Shown: one piece after another, positions 1-13,599 of the stretch
Position numbering within the stretch: the first letter of the stretch is position 1
Layout of the letters: each line of letters begins with the position of its first letter
Translations under genes and position numbers: made by a program
From: Sphyrna mokarran
Lineage: Eukaryota
Direction of reading: 5' to 3'
Length of the DNA: 64,000 nt
Assembly: GCA_024679065.1 (NCBI GenBank)
Contig: JAGIQG010000016.1
Coordinates: forward strand, 10,478,001-10,542,000
The notes under the pieces: model-generated
Database searches by the model: none
Told to the model about the DNA's origin: nothing
The model's input: the letters and a program-made list of their open reading frames with translations, nothing else

Positions 1-379
1 GCCTGCCCCTTGATGACACATTCCGATTATTATAACCCAACATTTATCTTGCAATTAATACTTGCTGTTTTACTTAAAATGAAACAAATTTCCTAGCATG
101 TTCCATGTCATTTCGACGAGGTGAGTTTATCAAATGACCAGCATATTGGCCGCAGCAATGTGAAGGTGGATATCAAGTTAAAAATGTAGCTCCCTATTTC
201 CCCAGTATTTGTATCAATTTCCACTGAATCAAAAATGATCACTCCCACGAGTATTCTTCAACAATGCATGACTTTACTTACGTTTATAGCTCGTCAATAA
301 GCTACCGACTCAAATATTTATGTTGGTTAGCTTCTTTAATTATATTGTTTGGTTATCGGATCTCTTTCAGCGGGTAGTA

Positions 380-690
380 GAAATATCTACTAAAGGTCAT
401 TCGGTCCGTTAAGCCTGAATTTACAGAATCCCATACTGGTCCTATCTCCGTAACACTACGTTTTTCGTCCGTTAATCAACCCCCACTGACGTTTAGTTTA
501 GAAAGTTCAATGCACGTGATGCACACATCTTTGGACTGTGTGTTGAAAAATAGACATCCAGAGGATGACATAAAGGGATTGGTAAAAAAATATCAACGCA
601 CACATTCACACGAAGCCGGGCTTTTACCTGGGTCCCTAGCGCTGTGAGACAGCAGGGAAAGCAGAGTGTCATTGGAGCATCCATGTTCAA
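380..690 (-). mobile_element. Degenerate tRNA-derived V-SINE (HE1-like)
   Basis: CR1-type tail, cacatctttggactgtg and gggtccctagcgctgtgagacagc motifs. Confidence 0.7.
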
Positions 691-829
691 CGCAGTGCAA
701 CAATATCTTGAGTACCGCCCCCAACCCCGTGCCCCCGCCTCGTCAATGAAAGTTCTTTTCCAAAAGACATAACTGGCTTAAATGAAGTTTTGAGGTAAGA
801 ACAGTGAATGCTAGTCTCCTGCCAACAGT

Positions 830-1365
830 TCAAAATAGGTTTTCAGATGCCTCTGTTTACATGTTCCTAACAGCAAGGCATCTATGAGCACGCCCCACCC
901 CGCCCCCCACACCCCCACCCCCGCCTCTGAATAGTTTCCTTTGCCAAAGTATATTAGACATTTTCCGATGCATCGGACCTTTCCCCTCTTGAACGTGACA
1001 ATCTTAATTTTCCGCGGATCTGTCCGAAAACTCCTTATGCTGAAATTGAAAGAATACTGCCTTCAAGATGCGCATAACAAACTCATTCGCAACAACACCA
1101 ATTCTGTTTCCCAGAATCATAATAAAATCCGAAGCCGTAGGCTGGCCCGTTTTACTTCCATCTTGCCAGAACACCTGCATCACTCACACACGCCCCAGAT
1201 AATTGTAGATAAGTACGATAGAACTGAAATCATTGAAGCCACAAACATCGAATCATTCAAATCAGAGCCCTTCATAGAAAACATTATAAACGTGTTTCTA
1301 ATTATTCCAGATAACAAAACGTCCAGGGAAACCAACAGGCGAACTGGTTGGATCCCAAGGGCAAT
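830..1365 (-). mobile_element. Old CR1 LINE ORF2 fragment
   Basis: Reverse complement resembles the CR1 endonuclease-linker region; many stops. Confidence 0.5.
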
Positions 1366-2590
1366 ATAATATATTTATTATATATAAATATAATATCAGT
1401 TATATTTAACTGATTCAGTTCCTGATATAAATGACTTTATGCAGCACATTTGTTATCAAAACATGTCAGGTTCTTTTTCACACAATGAACTGACTGATGT
1501 AATTGTAACTGTGTCTCTGCTGGTTTCTAAAATTTGATATCGCAGGACACAAATTTGCATATTTTGGCAAAAAAAAATGTTTGTTTTCGAACGCCTCCAC
1601 ATATGATCCGTCTGTAACATCTTACGTAGTTATTGATCAGGAAAGAATCGCAGCATGCTTTCAAGCTTCACAATCCAAATATTTTACCAGTAAACAACTA
1701 TGCGAATAGAAAAGGCAGCTGTACAGAAGCAAAATGTAAAAAAAAAGTACGCATCTGATTACACTGAAAACATGGCGTTTCACAAGCTAATGCCCTTCAG
1801 GCAGTGCAATTCGACCTTTCTTTTCTCGAACCCCGCTCTCCTCGTAGGTAGTTTCACTTCAGACTACCTTGTTCAGAAGCTTCAAAATCGATTTCGTCTC
1901 AGCAATCTCTACGACACCTGCGCCTTTCTGACTGTTTTGCATCAAATTGACTCTCATCTGCCCGTTGTTTTGGTTGGGTTGTTATGCAGCAGGCCTCCTT
2001 TTCTGAGGCTACATTTCATTAAAGATGTAGACTTCTCCCCGCAACGCCTGCGTACCTAAGTGTAATTCGACTGGCTTAACTAACCTGTTTGGCTCTTTTG
2101 TTTTCTTCGAAAATAGTGAATCACAATATTTTGCTCACTTAAGGGCGGACCTTATAACCGATCACCACACAACATTTAATTGAATAGAACTATTTCTACT
2201 ATGTAACCTGTGAAAAAAGTGTTTTCGAACTGTTATCCATTCACAGAATTTATTCTCCATTATCTCTCTTCTGGATCATATTTTCCGGTTTCTCTTCCCT
2301 CGCTCTCCCTTTGCGCCACTTGTAAGTCACTTGCTGCCTTCTTCCATTGTTTTCATTTTTTGTCTCTATCTTCATAGTAACGTCCACTTAACACATCATC
2401 TCTCGTGGTGCTTTTCAGCGAGCGTTGATTCAACTCATTGATTATTTATTTCCCGTCTGACATTGAAACAGTAATTATCTCGTAGGTACACATGATATGC
2501 ATTCAAACATGCATTTTGGCACCCGTATTAATTGATCTAATTACAACGTCAATAATCTTCGCACATGGAACACGATCCTTGGATCACTTC

Positions 2591-2595
<5 letters not shown>

Positions 2596-2662
<67 letters not shown>
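2596..2662. repeat. (GT)n microsatellite
   Basis: Perfect dinucleotide run. Confidence 0.99.
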
Positions 2663-2666
<4 letters not shown>

Positions 2667-2689
2667 AGTGCTAACTCGATGCAGTAACA

Positions 2690-3560
2690 CAATCCTTGTA
2701 CTAATAATTGCAGTTCTACAGAATGACGTCAATGGAGTTTGATTAAAATGTCTTGTCATCTTATCTTTGCGAAAATGCAGCAAAAGAATCTTGTGAAAAA
2801 ACGCTCAAAGCTGAAGGTGAGAAAATATCTTTTTTTTATTTGCTATATTTTTACAAGCGTTGCAATGACAACTGTATTTACTGCGGGACGAAAGAAATAG
2901 GGAGAAAAGGCATATTTTTTCTCCACTGACGTGATTGGCATAACAATTGAACATCAATGTGATAAATACTTTAAGGAGAGTTTGTCTCAATCACTTTCAG
3001 AGCATAGAGTACTGTCTATCGTTGACATAACAATGTAAAATGATTATGATTGTTCTCAACAATGTTGAAGTCAGCAGTCGTAATCACGGACTTCACAGAT
3101 ACAAGGACCTTTTTCAGTTCGCAAGGATATGTTCACGAGTTTTACTTGCACTGTTTAGCATTTCCTGAGCGTGATTTTGTCAGGAGACTTCAATTATTAT
3201 CAATTCAATCTACTGCTGAAGCATATCAGATGTTGGATCCACTTCAGTTCACTACAAACAGGTTTGTCTTTGCGATGTAATCACTATTGATACAGCATTC
3301 CAGAAACTAAAATTCGCTACAGTAATAGCGAAAATAAATATTCCCGCGGGCCCTTCACTGTGAATTTCATATATCAAATAGATGATGACAATGAAAACTA
3401 AATGTTTATATGTGTAATTAAACTTTCCGTTTATAATTTACTTTTCTGCTGCACTATTCTATGTTGTAGAAAAAAAAAGTCAGATTAATGGAAACATAAG
3501 TCCCTTTTGTCAGTTAATTCTCATAACCATATAAAAATACCTATCCGTTCATATGCATAT
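2690..3560 (-). pseudogene. TCR alpha/delta-like mini-cassette relic #2
   Basis: V IVQQ..I*YMKFTVKGPREYLF then RYYC (3318-3326; FR3 deleted); J-like TNLFVV; C with ICEVRDY, NDRQYSML, FNCYANH; CP KYSCHC after a strong acceptor at 2880; TM-like exon after an acceptor at 2810. Confidence 0.6.
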
Positions 3561-4638
3561 TACATTCCCCATTACGTGGCGTTTTTTTTTCTAACAGAAT
3601 GGTCAAGCAGCGACAACAGTTGATATCAGAACAAACAAAAACGAAAAAAAAAATAAGACTTTGTTGAAAAGGGGAATAGAGAAATAAGATTACTAATAAG
3701 ATCGGATTAATATGCTTGTATATCATATTTTGGCAGCATTTATATTGTGGAAATAATCTCCAGAGTACTTGATGTTCATCCATTCGGTGTATAAATAATA
3801 TTCGTTCTCGTGAGGAAAACGTGAAGCACTTGTGCTCGAATTGACATTTTGAAAAAAAAAACACAAATTGGTTTTGAGACAGACGCGTTAAGTGAGAGAG
3901 ATTTACAATTAACGGTAAATCAAAAGTGCAAGATTTTTTGCTGTCTCGAAGCGTTTGCTTTATCAACGAATATCAAGCAAAAGGGTATTAGCCGGGTATA
4001 GAACAACTCCAAAACATTTCTACATCGAGAAATAACGCAATGTGTGTTTCTTTTAGCCGCCGTTATATTCCTAGAAATAGATCTTTGTTCAAACGAAATA
4101 CAGTCAAAAAATATTTGATAAAATCATGTATTTAGTGTTAAATATGCCGAAGTGATTTGCTTGCATTTAACAAATCATACCTTAAATGCATATTACTCGG
4201 TAATATGTTTTACTTTGTTGTTGCTAAACAAACATAGGCTCGGATAAATGCAAAGCGATGCTGGAATTAAAAGGTGAGGCAACATAAAATCTGTTGATTC
4301 CGCATAATTGCATCATTAGTGATACTGGTTATACTGGTTAAGTGACAATACGTCTGTTCAGCTTACAATGAGGAGCACATTTGCAGCACATTTCAGCATG
4401 CTTTATTCCTCTTTCTGCAATAATGTATCTGCTGATGCACATGGTGGAATCTCTTTCCTGAGCGTTCTGCTGCTGTGTTATATTATTTGATTTACTTTAA
4501 CAGCAGTATAGACATGATTGAAATATCCAGCGAGTTGTCACAGTATTCTAGCACAACTTACTTCCTGATAGTGTGACAGGAATTCAACAACAATTTCAAT
4601 TTGCTTTTTAAGTAAGCAAACCACAAATTCTGTTTCAT
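3545..4638 (-). pseudogene. TCR beta/gamma-like mini-cassette relic #3
   Basis: Leader-like exon with GTAAGT donor (4562-4638); V SNNITQQ..INRFYV..NSSIALHLSE..SKTYY; J HFG..TKYMIL; C from 4070 NITAAK..FCLI..KILHF*FTVN..FTFSSRERI; hydrophobic TM ~3545-3660. Confidence 0.6.
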
Positions 4639-4669
4639 GTATTGAATAAACCAGTTGTCATGATGCATT

Positions 4670-5815
4670 CCCGAGAGGAAACTGACTTTGTTTGTATTTC
4701 CATGTTTGAATATTCTCACTACAACCAAACAGACAAAGGTAAGCAAATACAAAAGCTGTTTTTTGTTCACTAATCGTATTCGCGCTTGGAAAGCGCATGT
4801 TTCAGTGTGTGATACATTGCCTGTGTAGCTTATTAAAAGTAAGTGTTCATAGAATCTCCAATCAAAGAAGCTGTCATTTCTCCCTAATGTCCCTCTTCTG
4901 TGTGTCTTTCCAAATAACAGAGTATTGATTCCGCCCAATCGCCTGTTTTGATTTCGCCCGCTCATTAATTTGTACTGAAATTCCAAGAATGAAATGCCTC
5001 CATCAAGGAGGGAAATATTGGGTTGTTAAAGATGCACTATTGTTTTCTTTTTTTTTCTCTCTGAATGTTGCTGTAACGACATCTTGCACTGTTGAGTAAT
5101 GCCGTTAATATAATTGATGAATGTGGTCAGTTGGCTGCTACGAATTTAGCCATGCCTTCACCAACCAGGTTGTCATTGCCAAATCCAAAGAAGCACTCCC
5201 ACCTTATTAGCGTACACTGCTGAAAACTTTAAAAAAGTTTTAAAAAAAAATCCCATGCTTACGGGGAATTGAATATAGGAGCTTCGTGAGGGTTACGTTT
5301 TTGTTGGCCATGCTAAATTTTCAAAGAATATTCGAATGCATTACTGATAACTATTCTCCAAAAACAAAATAAACACATAGAACAGATTGAACATAAACCA
5401 GTTTGATCTATTTCTATGTCTGTAACGCATGTTAACTTGTTCACTTGTACGTGTTCTGTCCTCTCGTAAGTGTTTGATAGCTGATGGCAAATTAGTTTTT
5501 TTTTTATTCTGAGACTTACATCTCAGGTTAAATCAAGAAGTAACCACAGCTTCAGAACTGCATGAAGAATCTCCAGAACTTCTTCATGTATTTGAGTTAG
5601 CAAACATTACCAGCTGAACACCGGATTGATATGCAACCACAATTCTGTGAATAAACCACTTAACAAACTCATTCAAATTTTGAATACAATTGTCATGAAC
5701 ACATGTTCCCAAGACTACAATAGTGTTGCGAAAGTATTAGTTAAATTCACCGCAAGCTGTATTTTGTCCAAAGTAATTTTGGTTAACAGTGCATGCAATG
5801 CAAATCTGGATGCAT

Positions 5816-5848
<33 letters not shown>

Positions 5849-6298
5849 AGGAAAGACTGAAATTAATTAAAGTGAGGGTATAAACACAGTAAAACAATAA
5901 GGATCACCTATCGATTGGACAAAAAAAAGAGAAACGTCTTCAAACTCTGAGACACACCAGTTCCGGAACTAATTCTTGGGGAAGTTAACTGGCCCGATAG
6001 AATTCTCTGGTTTTCCCGCAGCACACACCCCAGTCTGCGTGCTTTCCCTTATTGTGAGTGATGTCAAAATGAATTCCCAGTGATGGTTGCGGGACCAGAG
6101 AATATCGCTTCTGGGAATCAATGCAAGAGCTGCTCCCGGAAGGACAGGCAGCTGGGAGAGAACAGAATTTGACATAATATCAACTATGAAAGGCATACAT
6201 ATTGTAACACGCATTGGTTCATTTTCAGTCAATAGGGAAATAAAGCGGTTACCATCAAAAATATGTCGCCAAATCTTTCTGGCAAATAGCACAGTCAC
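4670..6298 (-). pseudogene. TCR beta/gamma-like mini-cassette relic #4
   Basis: Leader 6253-6298 (phase-1 donor), 69-bp intron, V VDIMSNSVLSQLP..IP..FSG..LTI..GVCCG; J 5751-5784 NQNYFGQ with CACTGTT heptamer and GTGAAT donor; C 5345-5644 (300 nt, AG/GT); TM from 4784 ARIRLVNKKQLLYLLT...TWKYK. Confidence 0.7.
5817..5848. repeat. Poly-C tract in the V-J interval
   Basis: Homopolymer run of about 32 C. Confidence 0.95.
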
Positions 6299-6429
6299 GT
6301 TATACCCGTGTCGCTCCGAATTTTTTTTTTTTGGACATTTAGTGCTTTATGTACAACATTTATCAACACCGTTCCACCGTCTGCTTCAAAAGTTACTCAC
6401 GAAATGTTCTTTTCATTTCTCTTTGACTT

Positions 6430-8030
6430 TTTCTTTTATTCATTCGTGGGAGATGGGCGCCTCCGCCAGGCCAGCATTTATTCTCCGTTCCTAGTTAATC
6501 TTGAAAAGGTTGTCGACTCTTGAATTGCCTGAGTCCATTATTCTGAGTTGTCCGACAATGCTGTTCGGGTGGGAATGCGAGGATTTGCTTAAATCTTACT
6601 CAAAAACAAACATAGGCATCATGTTAAAGGTGAGAATCTTGTGTAATTATCATCATTTCAACATAGCTTTTTTGTTTCTATCACATGAGTATGTTTTTTT
6701 TTACGTATAATTGTTCTTTCTCAACTTTAATTTGATTACCTCTGCCACATCAAATGTGCACCGTGATATCCATGGCTATATTCCCCAAATTCTTTTCCCT
6801 CTAACAATCAACTTGAAATTGTCTGATCGCGCTAACCGAACTATCATTTATATTATTGTTTTTGAGTATTTTTTTTGTCAAACCCTCCAGAATTTTCCTG
6901 AATTCGACACATACATCCACACCAAATGCAATCATTCACTTTCATCAATGTTCAACTAACCAGCTCAAAAATCATGATATATGAATCAGCATTTACAGAA
7001 ATGCATTTTTTCATACTTTATTATGGATGTGTCAATACATTCTGCAGTAGTGAATTCTTTACTAAATCTTGGAGACACACTACACCGCTGATGCTTCTGC
7101 TAACCTTTGTTTATGTTACTTTATTCTTCCCAGATATATAATTATATATGAACAAACTAAATTTAATCCCTCTGTTATCAACAGATTCCAAAAAAAATGT
7201 CATTTGTTGATGGGGTGGTGATTCTTGTTGGAATGTCAATCATCGAATAGATCTCCAACAGTGCAAAAAGAGCTCATTCGATCCATCACTACAGCATCGA
7301 CAACAATTCTACCCAGGGCCTAGAAGCCCAAACACAAATAATTATTCTGCTAATTCCCCGAAACCAGGGTCAATTTAGAATGGCCAATTAATCTAAATGG
7401 CGATTGTTTGGGACGTAAGGAGAAACAGGCGAAATCAAGAGAAACTCACAAATGCACAAGGAGAAAGAGCAAAGAACAGTGAGTAAGGCCGTGCCTTGAA
7501 GCCGGGTCGATGGCACAATGGGGCAGCGTGCTAAACTCTGTGCCACTGCACAACTCACTGTGTCACCGCGGCCCCCACAAAGCTCTTATGCGTCTGTGGT
7601 AGCGAATAAGGACATTTTTTTCTTCGTTTGGTGTGGAGTGTAGAGGCGGCTTTTTTTCTGGGTAGATCAGACAAACAGAATGATAAAGACAAAATACTGC
7701 AGATACATGAATCATTTTGCACCACCTTTAAAACGACTTACCCCCGTTTGTTATCTGGTCTCCAGTTTCGTTGGATTTTTTTTTAAGGCATATCTCATTA
7801 ACTCCTTACTGTTGCTATTCAAGCTGTTGTCAGAAAATTTAAGCTTGATGTCCCTTCTAGGCAACACACATCTTGCTCAAAACATGAGAAATCCAACTTT
7901 CCTTCGTGTCCTAATTTAGAAGTATTTCTCCCCATTAAACAATGTCCAAAAATTATTCGTTCGCAACAGCAGGACTAAGAATTCCATTGTAATGTTTCAC
8001 TTATTCCGTTTGTTGTTCTTCTCAGTGAGC
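6430..8030 (-). mobile_element. Cluster of old LINE fragments with a V-SINE (~7240-7580)
   Basis: L2/CR1-like 3' segments at ~6440-6600 and ~7600-8000; SINE motifs gggtcaatttagaatggccaatt and ggcagcgtgctaa. Confidence 0.6.
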
Positions 8031-8429
8031 TACCTGCACAGTCCCCCACCTCCATTCCCACCCAGATCCGTCACGCATTTTTCTCACATTGGAGTTTCAG
8101 GTTGCCGCTGCTGTGGAACATAACCATGCCAGAAATGTCAACAGCAGCTTGCATGGTACAAACGAGAACGTGCACTGATCCCCCAATTTACAGGGATAAA
8201 CTTATGACTTCCTTTCCATCCCCTCCGCAGAACGTGGAATCCACCACGCAAATATCTGACCTCATACCCGGAAGGCACATATCCGGACTCCAGCCTCTAA
8301 ACCTCTTCCCTCCCGTATTATCAATCTTCATTATTCTACGCTCATTTACTCATCAACTGATTACCAGCTCTATCACCTGTCTTACTGATATCCTCTGTCC
8401 TCTGTAGAAATGCCGCCGTTGGGCTGGGG

Positions 8430-8830
8430 TAAACACAATAACAAGTCTGACAACATCAGGTTTATGCCCAGCCGGTTTACCTGATAGTATAATCACAACC
8501 TTTCGATGTGTTTCGACCTCTTCGTCAGGTGAATGAGGTGTTCTGGTCTAAGACAGCACATATAACAGCACGGACAGTTTACAGATTACTGATTAGAATG
8601 CGAATCTTTACACCTAACTTGCTATTCAAGTCTTAAACTGGCTAACAATGTGAGTGGATGGAGCAAAGGGGTCAGGTTAAAGAGATGTGCATAGTCTCCA
8701 AATTGTGATTGTCGAACGATGTTCACTCATCCGCTGTTGAAGTGTCTGCATGGTCTCTCCAATGCACCATGCTTCGGGACATCCTTTCTTGCAACGTAAG
8801 GAACCTTTAAAAATACTACACTCAGGAGCT
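8430..8830 (-). mobile_element. Penelope-like element fragment (GIY-YIG end plus pLTR)
   Basis: ORF 8677-8871 CKKGCPEAWCIGETMQTLQQRMSEHRSTI; CTGACGA..GAAA hammerhead-like core on the minus strand at ~8500-8528. Confidence 0.85.
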
Positions 8831-8859
8831 GTATTGGTTCTAAAAAAAATGTGGTTTGT

Positions 8860-10350
8860 CTTGCTTGACAATGTCCCATCACGTCGTAAAACATCTTACC
8901 ATTCAACAAGGCACATACTTATTAACCTAAGATAATTGATAATGCAAACCTAAATTCTCTAACAGTTTCTATAAGTCTCTGTATGCAAAAAAATCATATA
9001 TATCATATTTTTGAAACATGTATACGCGAAATTGTGACTTCAATCTGACTTATAATAATCCGAATTGTTCGCCTTTTGTCTCAAGATATCCAGAACCATG
9101 TCTAAGAACATCTTTGACGAGCTGTTTTCGGTATTCGGAAAGAAACCTTGATGGGAGAATAGTGCAGACTTTTATTGAGATGTTGCATGAGATCTGGGGA
9201 AGAGATCAGCATCAATGTTGGGAAAATAAAATATTCAGTACTTTATTTGCAGCTCATGCAACCTAATACTGCAGCAAACCATTCCAGTAGAAGATATAAT
9301 ATTCCATACCTGCCGGAACCTTTGTTCTATTCAATATTGTAGGTAATTAATGTAATAATGATTTGGTGTCCCAATGTTTCAAATGTCCTAAAAAAAAACA
9401 CTCCGAAAATGACAGAGGCTAAATATGCGATATTATATAGTATTTGACAAGTGTATAATGTATACAAACATACGTAATCTTTGAGGATTAGCCGGCTAAA
9501 ACATATTGAGGAATTTGCAAAGCTATCGAAAACACACAGGCCCTTTGAACCCATAAAGTGGCAAAGGGCAGGAACACATTGTTCTGAAATCAATAAAACA
9601 TCTGTGACATTTTCTCATAAATCATCTCCAGATTATTGCCAGCAATTGATTCTATATCCTTTTGTTGAAAACTCAGTTTTAAAATCCATCTTCAAGTAAT
9701 ACTTCCCATTGGCATTGAACAACAGGGATTCCCCCTACATGTTTTGCAATGATTCTTCCAAATCATATTTGCAGAAACTTTTCTAACCAGGATCCAATAT
9801 CACAAATTGCAATCTGCGTTCCGGTGTTCATTTTTTTTCAATGGCTTCGTGGTTTTGAATTAAAACTGACATCCATCCACCAATACTTGCCGAATTACGG
9901 GAAGCATCAATTCCAAGGTTCAAGCAAGATGCCACAAACCTTAAAATCACTTCATAGAAAAAGAAATGCCATCATGACATCGAAGTCATTCTCGACTTCG
10001 TCTACGATGGCCAATTCAAGTCCGATTTCCTTTGTTTTAACGTTACTGGAAAAATGACATCTATCTCTATTTGTTTTTAAAACAACTGTCCTTCAAATTC
10101 ATTGCTGTTTACCCAATTGTATGGTTCTCCATCAAGTGTAAGCATGCGTGATATTCAGTATTTCTGAAAACATTATTCCTCCTGGTTTTCATTTATCATG
10201 AACGCAAAACAAAATCCTTAGGAATATACTCTGTTGTCGAAGATATACATTTCTGTTTCCAAAAGAAATGTACTTCCAAATCTTGCATCCTGTCTCAGCA
10301 TAAAAAAGGAACAAAGATTCAAGTGAAGTAAAATGCAAGAGTATGCACAC
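8860..10350 (-). pseudogene. TCR alpha/delta-like mini-cassette relic #5 (V and J apparently contiguous)
   Basis: V from 10216 in one frame: YT*WRTIQLGKQQ*I*R..HFSSNVKTKEIGLELAIVDEVENDFDVMMAF; J-like LEPG.ML.VI ending at a GCAAGT donor (9891); C 9310-9583 (AG/GT); CP from 9193 with Cys; TM FALSIILG**VCL..FYDVM ~8860-8950. Confidence 0.7.
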
Positions 10351-10619
10351 ACGTTTCTTTTATATGAATTTTTTTTTCTTTTCCTTCAAAATCATACGGA
10401 AGTCATGTGAATATGACGAAGAGTCACCCAGATAAGAAAGATTGGAATGTTCTTTTTTTACAAATAGAATCAGACCTGTTGAGACGTTACAGCATTTTCT
10501 GTTCACGTTTAATATTCCCGAATCCACAATAATTTGCTTTTATTTCATGTTGAATTAATTCCTAGCTCTTAATATTTCATAGAACAAAGCTGCAGCATTC
10601 AAAACGGCCTTTATTTTCC

Positions 10620-13560
10620 TCACATTTTGAGTTGATGAAATTCGTTAACCGCTTGGCGAAACCGGGTTGACGATCCAGGTGAACATTGCTTCAACAGAGT
10701 CAATACAAACGTTATGCAAGCTGCAGAAGAAAATTGACAGACTCTTGGAAAACGAGCTGATGCAGAATTAGCCATCAGTACTTAGATAGCGACATGCTGT
10801 GGCTGCCGTGGAGTTAATTCGATGTCAGCATTAAATGTTTTTTGCAGACATCAATGAACATGTCCAACAAATGAAATAAAATAATAAATAGGATCTGTCC
10901 TCCAAAGGCTCTCAGTTATACATCTCCTGCTTTAAAGGCTATGCTATGATACATAGGATCCTCTGACAAATACAAGTTGCAGTCATCATTTTCTACAAGA
11001 GGTTTTTCATTAAAAAGTCCTCTCATCTTTTGTTTCTCTGCAAGCTTGTTTTGACAGAATGACATTTTAGTGAATCCATCTGTTTTAACATTATGTTCTT
11101 TGGTACAATTTTCGGGTGAATTATCAAAAATAAATTTTCCATATTCAAATGTTTTGTAATTTTATGCTGCATTCGGCATGTCAAATATCGGCGACTGAGA
11201 TGCAATTAATTAGGATAGGAATGTTACTCTCCTGCATTGGATAAGATTGTTCCTGACAATGAAACATTCGGGTTATTAGATTGCCCAATCTGTGTCTTAT
11301 ATAGACGACTCTTCGTCATTAACAAAATATTTTCTGTCTTCCACAGAACTTGCAAACCGTGCCAAGGGTAAGCACTGACATAGCGGTTTGAATTAACATT
11401 TGACGCTGGACTATGTGTTGGCAGAATTGAGCACAATTACGATTTGCAGGAAACAGATTTGAAAGGAAAAGAATAAATAAAAATGCATTGTGAACGAGGA
11501 ATTGGGCCCTTCATGTAACTTATTCACCAAAGGCGAGACTCAAGAACGTTGGAGCGGATGCACTGTCCAACAATTACGTTATTGGTTATGCAAAATTTGA
11601 AGTGTGGTCATTTATAAATGAGGGGCTTTGTCATCTAATTCGTACAACTAGATGCATACAAATCCTAAGTATTGGCGAACATACTGTCAAAGGTAACAAA
11701 ATGCATGCATCATATAATTGGACACAACTCTAACGTTGCGTGTGTTTTTTTTTTGCCTGCAAGCAATTGTTTCTCCTCTGTCGATATTGTTTCCAGTTGA
11801 AAGTTTCTCCTTCATTATTGAGCTTCCCTGGGTTGATTATTTTATACAATGTGGTCTGAATAAAGAACAACAAACAAAGAAAATTAAGGCACAGTTACTG
11901 GCTCTTCAGCTCTCCAAGCCTACACTGACCACGCTGTCCGGATAAACAAAAAGCCCTAACCGTCTGTGGACCACACCCCTCTATTCCCATCCTGTTTATG
12001 TATTTGTGAAGATACTTTCCAAAGTCACGACCGTATTCACTCACACTACTTTCTACAACAATGATTCCCGGCACCAGGCCATCTGGCCACGCTTATTCCC
12101 CAACACCAAGTCCAGAATGCCCCTTCCCTACTTGGCCTGTCTGCATACTGTTCAAGAAGCCCTCCTGGATGCCTACTTATATGTTGCCGTATCTCCCACT
12201 GGCAGTTGGCTAGCCTATAGTAAACCCCAAAATTGTGACTACTTCCATCCTATTTCCAAGATTTACAAAAAGTGCCTCGCTATATGAGTCATTCTAGGTG
12301 ACCACCCCCCTCCCGCCCCCCCACACACCCACACACCCAATTCAGTTGTGAGATGCTCCTTAATTAGTAGTGCAACTCCCTTATCTTTTTTACATCCACT
12401 CCTACCCACCTGAAAAATTGGTATGTTGGAAAGTTAATTCCTGCTAATCCTGGCATTCGCTTAAATAAGTCTCTGTAATAGCAGAACCTCATATTTCCCA
12501 GCACTAATCCCGGATCTAAGTTTGTCTGCCTTATCTTTTACACTTCTCGCATTGAAACAAATGCACTTCAGGACCCCGGACATTTTTTGACTGTCAACCC
12601 CATACTGCCTTTTATTTCTCTGACTCTTACTGGCCCTACACGCTAGTTCCCTTTCAGCCAATTCACTTTTGCTTTGATTAACATTCCCCTGCCAATTTAG
12701 TTAAAATCTTTCTGGCTCGTCCAGTTTAGATGGAACCTGTTCCTGTACAGTCGCAATAGCTCTGGAAGAGGTTCCAATGTTCAAGATAGCTGGAATCCTG
12801 CCTCATACACCAGCGATTCGCCACTTGTTGGGCTGCTCTATCTTCATATCCTTAGCCTCATTGGCACATGGCACAGAGAGTAATCATAATATTACAATTC
12901 TAGAGGTTCTGATTTTTTTTTAACTTTCTATCTAACTCCCTAAATTGCTGCTGCAGGACCTCAACTCTTTTCCTATGTATGTACCCCAACCTCTCGCTGT
13001 TCAACATTTCCATTCAAAATACATTCTGCCCGTTCAGACAGACCTCAGACAGAGCACCTGGGAGACAACATGTCATGTTATAGTCTCTTCAACATATGTG
13101 GAAACACCTATCAGCACCCATAACTATTGCTCTAGTTTTCTTTGTCCCTCCCTGCTTAACAGCAGAGCGAGCCGCGATGCCACTGTTGTAGGTGTTATTG
13201 CTGTCTTCTGCACGGATTGAAATAGATGAAGTTTCTCCCCATGCCTGCTGTCAACGAATTGTGGAATAAGCACACAAGAAAAAACTTCCCAGAATGAATC
13301 AATATTTGTATTTTTTTCTAGAAATACAGAATCTGAAGAAAGGTTCGTGCCGATATGTATGAGTATGAATGTATGGAGACGGAGACGAGACCTGTACAGA
13401 GTAAAATTGATCTATGTTGCAAATGTTTATGAATGGTGAACATGAATTCGATCGTCATCTATTCCATTTTCTGCAGTCCTTGCGTTCAGTAGCTGTTGAC
13501 TGCTTGGTTCAGATAAACGGTGTAAAACAAACTTGACAGATCTATCCGAGTGTGGCCTTA
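10620..13560 (-). pseudogene. TCR beta/gamma-like mini-cassette relic #6, split by CR1
   Basis: V start at 13391 GLVSVSIH; C ~11400-11830 STEEKQLLAGKKKTHATLELC..ESRL..QC; TM from 10743 SAACITFVLTLLK. Confidence 0.65.
11860..13200 (-). mobile_element. Old CR1 LINE fragments (3' end plus ORF1/ORF2 start)
   Basis: (aagaac) tail at ~11860; ORF 12461-12661 LKCICFNARSVKDKADKL matches the CR1 endonuclease N-terminus. Confidence 0.85.
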
Positions 13561-13599
13561 ATCGTAATTCTATTTCAAAGAATCAGCAATCACTCGATT

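Larger units (their letters stand above)
72..2200 (-). pseudogene. TCR beta/gamma-like mini-cassette relic #1 (V-J-C...TM), C exon broken by CR1
   Basis: V ~1790-2100 LSQS..GEKS.LMKCSL...KQRADESQF..RNRF..LHC; J ~1705-1760 SDAYF..VQLPFL after CAGTGTA; C start ~1400-1560 PAIS.F.KPAE..NLTCL; TM-like exon from an acceptor at 223. Very degenerate. Confidence 0.45.

Noticed and set aside
1700-2059. Plus-strand ORF with V-like words (LQNRF, AFLTV)
   Set aside because: No Cys/Trp framework or splice context; the minus-strand reading fits the cassette order. It illustrates the false-positive risk of by-eye motif calls.
2492-2783. ORFs with CV/TH repeats, and poly-P/G/Q/C ORFs at 5.6-5.9 and 21.2-21.6 kb
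   Set aside because: Translations of microsatellites and homopolymers.
11347-11367. Plus-strand 21-nt phase-1 microexon (ELANRAK), with a 27-nt one at 51812-51838, suggesting butyrophilin heptad exons
   Set aside because: Isolated and 40 kb apart, with no plus-strand Ig, TM or B30.2 exons; both lie antisense inside cassette relics. Probably chance.
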